Assembly: GCA_964057225.1 (NCBI GenBank)
Contig: OZ059900.1
Coordinates: forward strand, 25,916,001 to 25,980,000
DNA: 64,000 nt
DNA from: Auanema rhodensis
Taxonomy: Eukaryota > Animalia > Nematoda
Direction of reading: 5' to 3'
Within the stretch, counting starts at the first letter, position 1; every line of letters begins with the position of its first letter. The translations under genes were made by a program, and so were the position numbers. This document shows, piece after piece, positions 52,335 to 64,000 of this stretch. The notes under the pieces are model-generated. The model did not search any database, was not told the origin of the DNA, and saw only the letters and a program-made list of their open reading frames with translations.

Positions 52335-55300
52335 CTCATATGAACAAAAATCGATTTAATCAATATTAGCCATAAGGGGCGTGCCCTCAGAATATGCTAA
52401 TTTCCTTAATTTTCTAACCCCTGTTTTTTTGTCGTGAAAGTGGAACTAGACGTTGTACGAACAATTTTGAGCTAAGTTTCATTGACATTGCATGAGTTTG
52501 AACACATGAAATCGTAAGTCAAAACCTTGTTTACATCGAAATTTCCAAAAACTGGTTTTCCAGCATAATAAAATATTTCTCATGAGAAATACTGTGTTTT
52601 TGTATTTTTTCAATGTTCAGCATGTAAAATGCTTCATTTTGATATGTAAAACGCTGAAATTCGTTGCATTTGACGACTCATATGAACAAAAATCGATTTT
52701 ATCAATATTAGCCATAAGGGGCGTGCCCTCAGAATATGCTAATTTCCTTAATTTTCTAACCCCTGTTTTTTTGTCGTGAAAGTGGAACTAGACGTTGTAC
52801 GAACAATTTTGAGCTAGGTTTCATTGACATTGCATGAGTTTGAACACATGAAATCGTAAGTCAAAACCTTGTTTACAGCAAAATTTCCAAAAACTGGTAT
52901 TCCAGCATAATAAAATATTTCTCATGGGAAATACAGTGTTTTTGTATTTTTTTAGTGTTCAGCATGTAAAATGCTTTATTTTAATATGTAACACGCTGAA
53001 ATTCGTTGCATTTGACGACTCATATGAACAAAAATCGATTTAATCAATATTAGCCATAAGGGGCGTGCCCTCAGAATATGCTAATTTCCTTAATTTTCTA
53101 ACCCCTGTTTTTTTGTCGTGAAAGTGGAACTAGACGTTGTACGAACAATTTTGAGCTAAGTTTCATTGACATTGCATGAGTTTGAACACATGAAATCGTA
53201 AGTCAAAACCTTGTTTACATCGAAATTTCCAAAAACTGGTTTTCCAGCATAATAAAATATTTCTCATGAGAAATACTGTGTTTTTGTATTTTTTTAATGT
53301 TCAGCATGTAAAATGCTTCATTTTGATATGTGAAACGCTGAAATTCGTTGCATTTGACGACTCATATGAACAAAAATCGATTTTATCAATATTAGCCATA
53401 AGGGGCGTGCCCTCAGAATATGCTAATTTCCTTAATTTTCTAACCCCTGTTTTTTTGTCGTGAAAGTGGAACTAGACGTTGTACGAACAATTTTGAGCTA
53501 GGTTTCATTGACATTGCATGAGTTTGAACACATGAAATCGTAAGTCAAAACCTTGTTTACAGCGAAATTTCCAAAAACTGGTTTTCCAGCATAATACAAT
53601 ATTTCTCATGGGAAATAGTGTGTTTTTATATTTTTCTAGTGTTCAGCATGTAAAATGCTTCATTTTAGTATGTAACACGCTGAAATTCGTTGCATTTGAC
53701 GACTCATATGAACAAAAATTGATTTAATCAATATTAGCCATAAGGGGCGTGCCCTCAGAATATGCTAATTTCCTTAATTTTCTAACCCATGTTTTTTTGT
53801 CGTGAAAGTGGAACTAGACGTTGTACGAACAATTTTGAGCTAGGTTTCATTGACATTGCATGAGTTTGAACACATGCAATCGTAAGTCAAAACCTTGTTT
53901 ACAGCGAAATTTCCAAAAACTGGTTTTCCAGCATAATAAAATATTTCTCATGGGAAAAACTGTGTTTTTGTATTTTTCTAGTGTTCAGCATGTAAAATGC
54001 TTTATTTTAATATGTAACACGCTGAAATTCGTTGCATTTGACGACTCATATGAACAAAAATCGATTTAATCAATATTAGCCATAAGGGGCGTGCCCTCAG
54101 AATATGCTAATTTCCTTAATTTTCTAACCCCTGTTTTTTTGTCGTGAAAGTGGAACTAGACGTTGTACGAACAATTTTGAGCTAAGTTTCATTGACATTG
54201 CATGAGTTTGAACACATGAAATCGTAAGTCAAAACCTTGTTTACATCGAAATTTCCAAAAACTGGTTTTCCAGCATAATAAAATATTTCTCATGAGAAAT
54301 ACTGTGTTTTTGTATTTTTTCAATGTTCAGCATGTAAAATGCTTCATTTTGATATGTAAAACGCTGAAATTCGTTGCATTTGACGACTCATATGAACAAA
54401 AATCGATTTTATCAATATTAGCCATAAGGGGCGTGCCCTCAGAATATGCTAATTTCCTTAATTTTCTAACCCCTGTTTTTTTGTCGTGAAAGTGGAACTA
54501 GACGTTGTACGAACAATTTTGAGCTAGGTTTCATTGACATTGCATGAGTTTGAACACATGAAATCGTAAGTCAAAACCTTGTTTACAGCAAAATTTCCAA
54601 AAACTGGTATTCCAGCATAATAAAATATTTCTCATGGGAAATACAGTGTTTTTGTATTTTTTTAGTGTTCAGCATGTAAAATGCTTTATTTTAATATGTA
54701 ACACGCTGAAATTCGTTGCATTTGACGACTCATATGAACAAAAATCGATTTAATCAATATTAGCCATAAGGGGCGTGCCCTCAGAATATGCTAATTTCCT
54801 TAATTTTCTAACCCCTGTTTTTTTGTCGTGAAAGTGGAACTAGACGTTGTACGAACAATTTTGAGCTAAGTTTCATTGACATTGCATGAGTTTGAACACA
54901 TGAAATCGTAAGTCAAAACCTTGTTTACATCGAAATTTCCAAAAACTGGTTTTCCAGCATAATAAAATATTTCTCATGAGAAATACTGTGTTTTTGTATT
55001 TTTTTAATGTTCAGCATGTAAAATGCTTCATTTTGATATGTAAAACGCTGAAATTCGTTGCATTTGACGACTCATATGAACAAAAATCGATTTTATCAAT
55101 ATTAGCCATAAGGGGCGTGCCCTCAGAATATGCTAATTTCCTTAATTTTCTAACCCCTGTTTTTTTGTCGTGAAAGTGGAACTAGACGTTGTACGAACAA
55201 TTTTGAGCTAGGTTTCATTGACATTGCATGAGTTTGAACACATGAAATCGTAAGTCAAAACCTTGTTTACAGCGAAATTTCCAAAAACTGGTTTTCCAGC

Positions 55301-55754
55301 ATAATACAATATTTCTCATGGGAAATAGTGTGTTTTTATATTTTTCTAGTGTTCAGCATGTAAAATGCTTCATTTTAGTATGTAACACGCTGAAATTCGT
55401 TGCATTTGACGACTCATATGAACAAAAATTGATTTAATCAATATTAGCCATAAGGGGCGTGCCCTCAGAATATGCTAATTTCCTTAATTTTCTAACCCAT
55501 GTTTTTTTGTCGTGAAAGTGGAACTAGACGTTGTACGAACAATTTTGAGCTAGGTTTCATTGACATTGCATGAGTTTGAACACATGCAATCGTAAGTCAA
55601 AACCTTGTTTACAGCGAAATTTCCAAAAACTGGTTTTCCAGCATAATAAAATATTTCTCATGGGAAAAACTGTGTTTTTGTATTTTTCTAGTGTTCAGCA
55701 TGTAAAATGCTTTATTTTAATATGTAACACGCTGAAATTCGTTGCATTTGACGA
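52335..55754. repeat. 5-mer HOR (1710 bp) x2, nested inside the 25-mer
   Basis: ORFs 52582/54292, 53266/54976 and 53860/55570. AACCCATG occurs at ~53789/55499. Confidence 0.92.
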
Positions 55755-57806
55755 CTCATATGAACAAAAATCGATTTAATCAATATTAGCCATAAGGGGC
55801 GTGCCCTCAGAATATGCTAATTTCCTTAATTTTCTAACCCCTGTTTTTTTGTCGTGAAAGTGGAACTAGACGTTGTACGAACAATTTTGAGCTAAGTTTC
55901 ATTGACATTGCATGAGTTTGAACACATGAAATCGTAAGTCAAAACCTTGTTTACAGCGAAATTTCCAAAAACTGGTTTTCCAGCATAATAAAATATTTCT
56001 CATGAGAAATACTGTGTTTTTGTATTTTTTTAATGTTCAGCATGTAAAATGCTTTATTTTGATATGTAAAACGCTGAAATTCGTTGCATTTGACGACTCA
56101 TATGAACAAAAATCGATTTTATCAATATTAGCCATAAGGGGCGTGCCCTCAGAATATGCTAATTTCCTTAATTTTCTAACCCCTGTTTTTTTGTCGTGAA
56201 AGTGGAACTAGACGTTGTACGAACAATTTTGAGCTAGGTTTCATTGACATTGCATGAGTTTGAACACATGAAATCGTAAGTCAAAACCTTGTTTACAGCG
56301 AAATTTCCAAAAACTGGTTTTCCAGCATAATAAAATATTTCTCATGGGAAATACTGTGTTTTTGTATTTTTTCAGTGTTCAGCATGTAAAATGCTTCATT
56401 TTAGTATGTAACACGCTGAAATTCGTTGCATTTGACGACTCATATGAACAAAAATCGATTTAATCAATATTAGCCATAAGGGGCGTGCCCTCAGAATATG
56501 CTAATTTCCTTAATTTTCTAACCCCTGTTTTTTTGTCGTGAAAGTGGAACTAGACGTTGTACGAACAATTTTGAGCTAGGTTTCATTGACATTGCATGAG
56601 TTTGAACACATGAAATCGTAAGTCAAAACCTTGTTTACAGCGAAATTTCCAAAAACTGGTTTTCCAGCATAATAAAATATTTCTCATGAGAAATACTGTG
56701 TTTTTGTATTTTTTTAATGTTCAGCATGTAAAATGCTTTATTTTGATATGTAAAACGCTGAAATTCGTTGCATTTGACGACTCATATGAACAAAAATCGA
56801 TTTTATCAATATTAGCCATAAGGGGCGTGCCCTCAGAATATGCTAATTTCCTTAATTTTCTAACCCCTGTTTTTTTGTCGTGAAAGTGGAACTAGACGTT
56901 GTACGAACAATTTTGAGCTAGGTTTCATTGACATTGCATGAGTTTGAACACATGAAATCGTAAGTCAAAACCTTGTTTACAGCGAAATTTCCAAAAACTG
57001 GTTTTCCAGCATAATAAAATATTTCTCATGGGAAATACTGTGTTTTTGTATTTTTTCAGTGTTCAGCATGTAAAATGCTTCATTTTAGTATGTAACACGC
57101 TGAAATTCGTTGCATTTGACGACTCATATGAACAAAAATCGATTTAATCAATATTAGCCATAAGGGGCGTGCCCTCAGAATATGCTAATTTCCTTAATTT
57201 TCTAACCCCTGTTTTTTTGTCGTGAAAGTGGAACTAGACGTTGTACGAACAATTTTGAGCTAAGTTTCATTGACATTGCATGAGTTTGAACACATGAAAT
57301 CGTAAGTCAAAACCTTGTTTACAGCGAAATTTCCAAAAACTGGTTTTCCAGCATAATAAAATATTTCTCATGAGAAATACTGTGTTTTTGTATTTTTTTA
57401 ATGTTCAGCATGTAAAATGCTTTATTTTGATATGTAAAACGCTGAAATTCGTTGCATTTGACGACTCATATGAACAAAAATCGATTTTATCAATATTAGC
57501 CATAAGGGGCGTGCCCTCAGAATATGCTAATTTCCTTAATTTTCTAACCCCTGTTTTTTTGTCGTGAAAGTGGAACTAGACGTTGTACGAACAATTTTGA
57601 GCTAGGTTTCATTGACATTGCATGAGTTTGAACACATGAAATCGTAAGTCAAAACCTTGTTTACAGCGAAATTTCCAAAAACTGGTTTTCCAGCATAATA
57701 AAATATTTCTCATGGGAAATACTGTGTTTTTGTATTTTTTCAGTGTTCAGCATGTAAAATGCTTCATTTTAGTATGTAACACGCTGAAATTCGTTGCATT
57801 TGACGA
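55755..57806. repeat. 2-mer HOR (684 bp) x3, nested inside the 25-mer
   Basis: ORFs at 56002/56686/57370 alternate with the TTTTTTCAGTG monomer. Confidence 0.9.
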
Positions 57807-60800
57807 CTCATATGAACAAAAATCGATTTAATCAATATTAGCCATAAGGGGCGTGCCCTCAGAATATGCTAATTTCCTTAATTTTCTAACCCCTGTTTTT
57901 TTGTCGTGAAAGTGGAACTAGACGTTGTACGAACAATTTTGAGCTAAGTTTCATTGACATTGCATGAGTTTGAACACATGAAATCGTAAGTCAAAACCTT
58001 GTTTACAGCAAAATTTCCAAAAACTGGTATTCCAGCATAATAAAATATTTCTCATGGGAAATACAGTGTTTTTGTATTTTTTTAGTGTTCAGCATGTAAA
58101 ATGCTTTATTTTAATATGTAACACGCTGAAATTCGTTGCATTTGACGACTCATATGAACAAAAATCGATTTAATCAATATTAGCCATAAGGGGCGTGCCC
58201 TCAGAATATGCTAATTTCCTTAATTTTCTAACCCCTGTTTTTTTGTCGTGAAAGTGGAACTAGACGTTGTACGAACAATTTTGAGCTAAGTTTCATTGAC
58301 ATTGCATGAGTTTGAACACATGAAATCGTAAGTCAAAACCTTGTTTACATCGAAATTTCCAAAAACTGGTTTTCCAGCATAATAAAATATTTCTCATGAG
58401 AAATACTGTGTTTTTGTATTTTTTTAATGTTCAGCATGTAAAATGCTTCATTTTGATATGTAAAACGCTGAAATTCGTTGCATTTGACGACTCATATGAA
58501 CAAAAATCGATTTTATCAATATTAGCCATAAGGGGCGTGCCCTCAGAATATGCTAATTTCCTTAATTTTCTAACCCCTGTTTTTTTGTCGTGAAAGTGGA
58601 ACTAGACGTTGTACGAACAATTTTGAGCTAGGTTTCATTGACATTGCATGAGTTTGAACACATGAAATCGTAAGTCAAAACCTTGTTTACAGCAAAATTT
58701 CCAAAAACTGGTTTTCCAGCATAATAAAATATTTCTCATGGGAAATACAGTGTTTTTGTATTTTTTTAGTGTTCAGCATGTAAAATGCGTCATTTTAGTA
58801 TGTAAAACGCTGAAATTCGTTGCATTTGACGACTCATATGAACAAAAATCGATTTTATCAATATTAGCCATAAGGGGCGTGCCCTCAGAATATGCTAATT
58901 TCCTTAATTTTCTAACCCCTGTTTTTTTGTCGTGAAAGTGGAACTAGACGTTGTACGAACAATTTTGAGCTAGGTTTCATTGACATTGCATGAGTTTGAA
59001 CACATGAAATCGTAAGTCAAAACCTTGTTTACAGCGAAATTTCCAAAAACTGGTTTTCCAGCATAATAAAATATTTCTCATGAGAAATACTGTGTTTTTA
59101 TATTTTTCTAGTGTTCAGCATGTAAAATGCTTCATTTTAGTATGTAACACGCTGAAATTCGTTGCATTTGACGACTCATATGAACAAAAATTGATTTAAT
59201 CAATATTAGCCATAAGGGGCGTGCCCTCAGAATATGCTAATTTCCTTAATTTTCTAACCCCTGTTTTTTTGTCGTGAAAGTGGAACTAGACGTTGTACGA
59301 ACAATTTTGAGCTAGGTTTCATTGACATTGCATGAGTTTGAACACATGCAATCGTAAGTCAAAACCTTGTTTACAGCGAAATTTCCAAAAACTGGTTTTC
59401 CAGCATAATAAAATATTTCTCATGGGAAAAACTGTGTTTTTGTATTTTTCTAGTGTTCAGCATGTAAAATGCTTTATTTTAATATGTAACACGCTGAAAT
59501 TCGTTGCATTTGACGACTCATATGAACAAAAATCGATTTAATCAATATTAGCCATAAGGGGCGTGCCCTCAGAATATGCTAATTTCCTTAATTTTCTAAC
59601 CCCTGTTTTTTTGTCGTGAAAGTGGAACTAGACGTTGTACGAACAATTTTGAGCTAAGTTTCATTGACATTGCATGAGTTTGAACACATGAAATCGTAAG
59701 TCAAAACCTTGTTTACAGCGAAATTTCCAAAAACTGGTTTTCCAGCATAATAAAATATTTATCATGAGAAATACTGTGTTTTTGTATTTTTTTTAATGTT
59801 CAGCATGTAAAATGCTTCATTTTGATATGTAAAACGCTGAAATTCGTTGCATTTGACGACTCATATGAACAAAAATCGATTTTATCAATATTAGCCATAA
59901 GGGGCGTGCCCTCAGAATATGCTAATTTCCTTAATTTTCTAACCCCTGTTTTTTTGTCGTGAAAGTGGAACTAGACGTTGTACGAACAATTTTGAGCTAG
60001 GTTTCATTGACATTGCATGAGTTTGAACACATGAAATCGTAAGTCAAAACCTTGTTTACAGCGAAATTTCCAAAAACTGGTTTTCCAGCATAATAAAATA
60101 TTTCTCATGGGAAATACTGTGTTTTCGTATTTTTTTAGTGTTCAGCATGTAAAATGCGTCATTTTAGTATGTAAAACGCTGAAATTCGTCGCATTTGACG
60201 ACTCATATGAACAAAAATCGATTTTATCAATATTAGCCATAAGGGGCGTGCCCTCAGAATATGCTAATTTCCTTAATTTTCTAACCCCTGTTTTTTTGTC
60301 GTGAAAGTGGAACTAGACGTTGTACGAACAATTTTGAGCTAGGTTTCATTGACATTGCATGAGTTTGAACACATGAAATCGTAAGTCAAAACCTTGTTTA
60401 CAGCGAAGTTTCCAAAAACTGGTTTTCCAGCATAATAAAATATTTCTCATGGGAAATACTGTGTTTTTGTATTTTTTTAGTGTTCAGCATGTAAAATGCG
60501 TCATTTTAGTATGTAAAACGCTGAAATTCGTTGCATTTGACGACTCATATGAACAAAAATCGATTTTATCAATATTAGCCATAAGGGGCGTGCCCTCAGA
60601 ATATGCTAATTTCCTTAATTTTCTAACCCCTGTTTTTTTGTCGTGAAAGTGAAACTAGACGTTGTACGAACAATATTGAGCTAGGTTTCATTGACATTGC
60701 ATGAGTTTGAACACATGAAATCGTAAGTCAAAACCTTGTTTACAGCAAAATTTCCAAAAACTGGTTTTCCAGCATAATAAAATATTTCTCATGGGAAATA

Positions 60801-63800
60801 CAGTGTTTTTATATTTTTTTAGTGTTCAGCATGTAAAATGCTTTATTTTAATATGTAACACGCTGAAATTCGTTGCATTTGACGACTCATATGAACAAAA
60901 ATCGATTTAATCAATATTAGCCATAAGGGGCGTGCCCTCAGAATATGCTAATTTCCTTAATTTTCTAACCCCTGTTTTTTTGTCGTGAAAGTGGAACTAG
61001 ACGTTGTACGAACAATTTTGAGCTAAGTTTCATTGACATTGCATGAGTTTGAACACATGAAATCGTAAGTCAAAACCTTGTTTACATCGAAATTTCCAAA
61101 AACTGGTTTTCCAGCATAATAAAATATTTCTCATGAGAAATACTGTGTTTTTGTATTTTTTCAATGTTCAGCATGTAAAATGCTTCATTTTGATATGTAA
61201 AACGCTGAAATTCGTTGCATTTGACGACTCATATGAACAAAAATCGATTTTATCAATATTAGCCATAAGGGGCGTGCCCTCAGAATATGCTAATTTCCTT
61301 AATTTTCTAACCCCTGTTTTTTTGTCGTGAAAGTGGAACTAGACGTTGTACGAACAATTTTGAGCTAGGTTTCATTGACATTGCATGAGTTTGAACACAT
61401 GAAATCGTAAGTCAAAACCTTGTTTACAGCAAAATTTCCAAAAACTGGTATTCCAGCATAATAAAATATTTCTCATGGGAAATACAGTGTTTTTGTATTT
61501 TTTTAGTGTTCAGCATGTAAAATGCTTTATTTTAATATGTAACACGCTGAAATTCGTTGCATTTGACGACTCATATGAACAAAAATCGATTTAATCAATA
61601 TTAGCCATAAGGGGCGTGCCCTCAGAATATGCTAATTTCCTTAATTTTCTAACCCCTGTTTTTTTGTCGTGAAAGTGGAACTAGACGTTGTACGAACAAT
61701 TTTGAGCTAAGTTTCATTGACATTGCATGAGTTTGAACACATGAAATCGTAAGTCAAAACCTTGTTTACATCGAAATTTCCAAAAACTGGTTTTCCAGCA
61801 TAATAAAATATTTCTCATGAGAAATACTGTGTTTTTGTATTTTTTTAATGTTCAGCATGTAAAATGCTTCATTTTGATATGTGAAACGCTGAAATTCGTT
61901 GCATTTGACGACTCATATGAACAAAAATCGATTTTATCAATATTAGCCATAAGGGGCGTGCCCTCAGAATATGCTAATTTCCTTAATTTTCTAACCCCTG
62001 TTTTTTTGTCGTGAAAGTGGAACTAGACGTTGTACGAACAATTTTGAGCTAGGTTTCATTGACATTGCATGAGTTTGAACACATGAAATCGTAAGTCAAA
62101 ACCTTGTTTACAGCGAAATTTCCAAAAACTGGTTTTCCAGCATAATACAATATTTCTCATGGGAAATAGTGTGTTTTTATATTTTTCTAGTGTTCAGCAT
62201 GTAAAATGCTTCATTTTAGTATGTAACACGCTGAAATTCGTTGCATTTGACGACTCATATGAACAAAAATTGATTTAATCAATATTAGCCATAAGGGGCG
62301 TGCCCTCAGAATATGCTAATTTCCTTAATTTTCTAACCCATGTTTTTTTGTCGTGAAAGTGGAACTAGACGTTGTACGAACAATTTTGAGCTAGGTTTCA
62401 TTGACATTGCATGAGTTTGAACACATGCAATCGTAAGTCAAAACCTTGTTTACAGCGAAATTTCCAAAAACTGGTTTTCCAGCATAATAAAATATTTCTC
62501 ATGGGAAAAACTGTGTTTTTGTATTTTTCTAGTGTTCAGCATGTAAAATGCTTTATTTTAATATGTAACACGCTGAAATTCGTTGCATTTGACGACTCAT
62601 ATGAACAAAAATCGATTTAATCAATATTAGCCATAAGGGGCGTGCCCTCAGAATATGCTAATTTCCTTAATTTTCTAACCCCTGTTTTTTTGTCGTGAAA
62701 GTGGAACTAGACGTTGTACGAACAATTTTGAGCTAAGTTTCATTGACATTGCATGAGTTTGAACACATGAAATCGTAAGTCAAAACCTTGTTTACATCGA
62801 AATTTCCAAAAACTGGTTTTCCAGCATAATAAAATATTTCTCATGAGAAATACTGTGTTTTTGTATTTTTTCAATGTTCAGCATGTAAAATGCTTCATTT
62901 TGATATGTAAAACGCTGAAATTCGTTGCATTTGACGACTCATATGAACAAAAATCGATTTTATCAATATTAGCCATAAGGGGCGTGCCCTCAGAATATGC
63001 TAATTTCCTTAATTTTCTAACCCCTGTTTTTTTGTCGTGAAAGTGGAACTAGACGTTGTACGAACAATTTTGAGCTAGGTTTCATTGACATTGCATGAGT
63101 TTGAACACATGAAATCGTAAGTCAAAACCTTGTTTACAGCAAAATTTCCAAAAACTGGTATTCCAGCATAATAAAATATTTCTCATGGGAAATACAGTGT
63201 TTTTGTATTTTTTTAGTGTTCAGCATGTAAAATGCTTTATTTTAATATGTAACACGCTGAAATTCGTTGCATTTGACGACTCATATGAACAAAAATCGAT
63301 TTAATCAATATTAGCCATAAGGGGCGTGCCCTCAGAATATGCTAATTTCCTTAATTTTCTAACCCCTGTTTTTTTGTCGTGAAAGTGGAACTAGACGTTG
63401 TACGAACAATTTTGAGCTAAGTTTCATTGACATTGCATGAGTTTGAACACATGAAATCGTAAGTCAAAACCTTGTTTACATCGAAATTTCCAAAAACTGG
63501 TTTTCCAGCATAATAAAATATTTCTCATGAGAAATACTGTGTTTTTGTATTTTTTTAATGTTCAGCATGTAAAATGCTTCATTTTGATATGTAAAACGCT
63601 GAAATTCGTTGCATTTGACGACTCATATGAACAAAAATCGATTTTATCAATATTAGCCATAAGGGGCGTGCCCTCAGAATATGCTAATTTCCTTAATTTT
63701 CTAACCCCTGTTTTTTTGTCGTGAAAGTGGAACTAGACGTTGTACGAACAATTTTGAGCTAGGTTTCATTGACATTGCATGAGTTTGAACACATGAAATC

Positions 63801-64000
63801 GTAAGTCAAAACCTTGTTTACAGCGAAATTTCCAAAAACTGGTTTTCCAGCATAATACAATATTTCTCATGGGAAATAGTGTGTTTTTATATTTTTCTAG
63901 TGTTCAGCATGTAAAATGCTTCATTTTAGTATGTAACACGCTGAAATTCGTTGCATTTGACGACTCATATGAACAAAAATTGATTTAATCAATATTAGCC

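Larger units (their letters stand above)
1..64000. repeat. Tandem satellite DNA array, 342-bp monomer, 187 full head-to-tail copies, single orientation, extends beyond both window edges
   Basis: CTCATATGAACAAAAA recurs at 1, 343, 685 ... 3421, 6841, 10261, 13681, 17101, 20521 (exact multiples of 342). The register then drifts by +9 bp in total, with the last monomer starting at 63964. No unique sequence is seen anywhere. Confidence 0.99.
49397..64000. repeat. 25-mer HOR (8551 bp): copy 1 ~49397-57947, copy 2 ~57948 to beyond the window end
   Basis: Ten ORF pairs at +8551 (49845/58396 ... 54976/63527). Private SNVs TTTATCATG, TTTTCGT, GCGAAGTT, GTGAAACT and TGTGAAACG are each paired at +8551. 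Confidence 0.95.

Noticed and set aside
932-63724. About 80 near-identical 65-95 aa ORFs (MGNTVF.../MRNTVF.../MSLNTC...) as a multicopy gene family
   Set aside because: They are one reading frame of the satellite monomer that crosses the length cutoff only when single SNVs remove stop codons. About half of the monomers lack them, variants are mostly non-synonymous or frameshifting, and there is no recognisable domain. The hydrophobicity reflects T-richness.
1-64000. CRISPR array or other repeat-spacer system
   Set aside because: There are no unique spacers; the whole 342 bp is repeated, and no cas or other genes are present.
1-64000. Assembly or concatemer artefact (rolling-circle copies of one unit)
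   Set aside because: Variants and indels are linked in consistent haplotypes and nested HORs, unlike random sequencing error. Individual duplications still need read validation.
1-64000. Embedded transposon, inversion or tandem MITE
   Set aside because: The 342-bp register is kept throughout on one strand, and no terminal inverted repeats or target-site duplications delimit the unit. A remote transposon origin of the monomer cannot be excluded without a database search.

Overview
The whole 64-kb window is one uninterrupted, head-to-tail, single-orientation array of an AT-rich satellite with a 342-bp monomer (about 34% GC by hand count; 187 full copies plus about 37 bp). It is almost certainly eukaryotic (peri)centromeric or heterochromatic satellite DNA. 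I found no genes, RNA genes, transposon insertions or CRISPR spacers, and every listed ORF is an incidental reading frame of the monomer. Monomers differ from the consensus by only about 0-3%. The variants record how the array grew: local and nested higher-order repeats (HORs) of 2, 3, 4, 5, 6, 7, 8, 10, 11, 25 and about 28 monomers, a left-to-right turnover of monomer haplotypes, chimeric monomers at crossover or conversion points, and nine inherited +1 T insertions with no deletions. The monomer is rich in dyad symmetries. A monomer variant common to the right of about 23 kb perfects an 18-bp palindrome and usually also lengthens a second palindrome. The monomer may be a diverged dimer of ~171-bp units. 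I could not assign the family or the host organism from sequence alone, and I found no protein-coding system.
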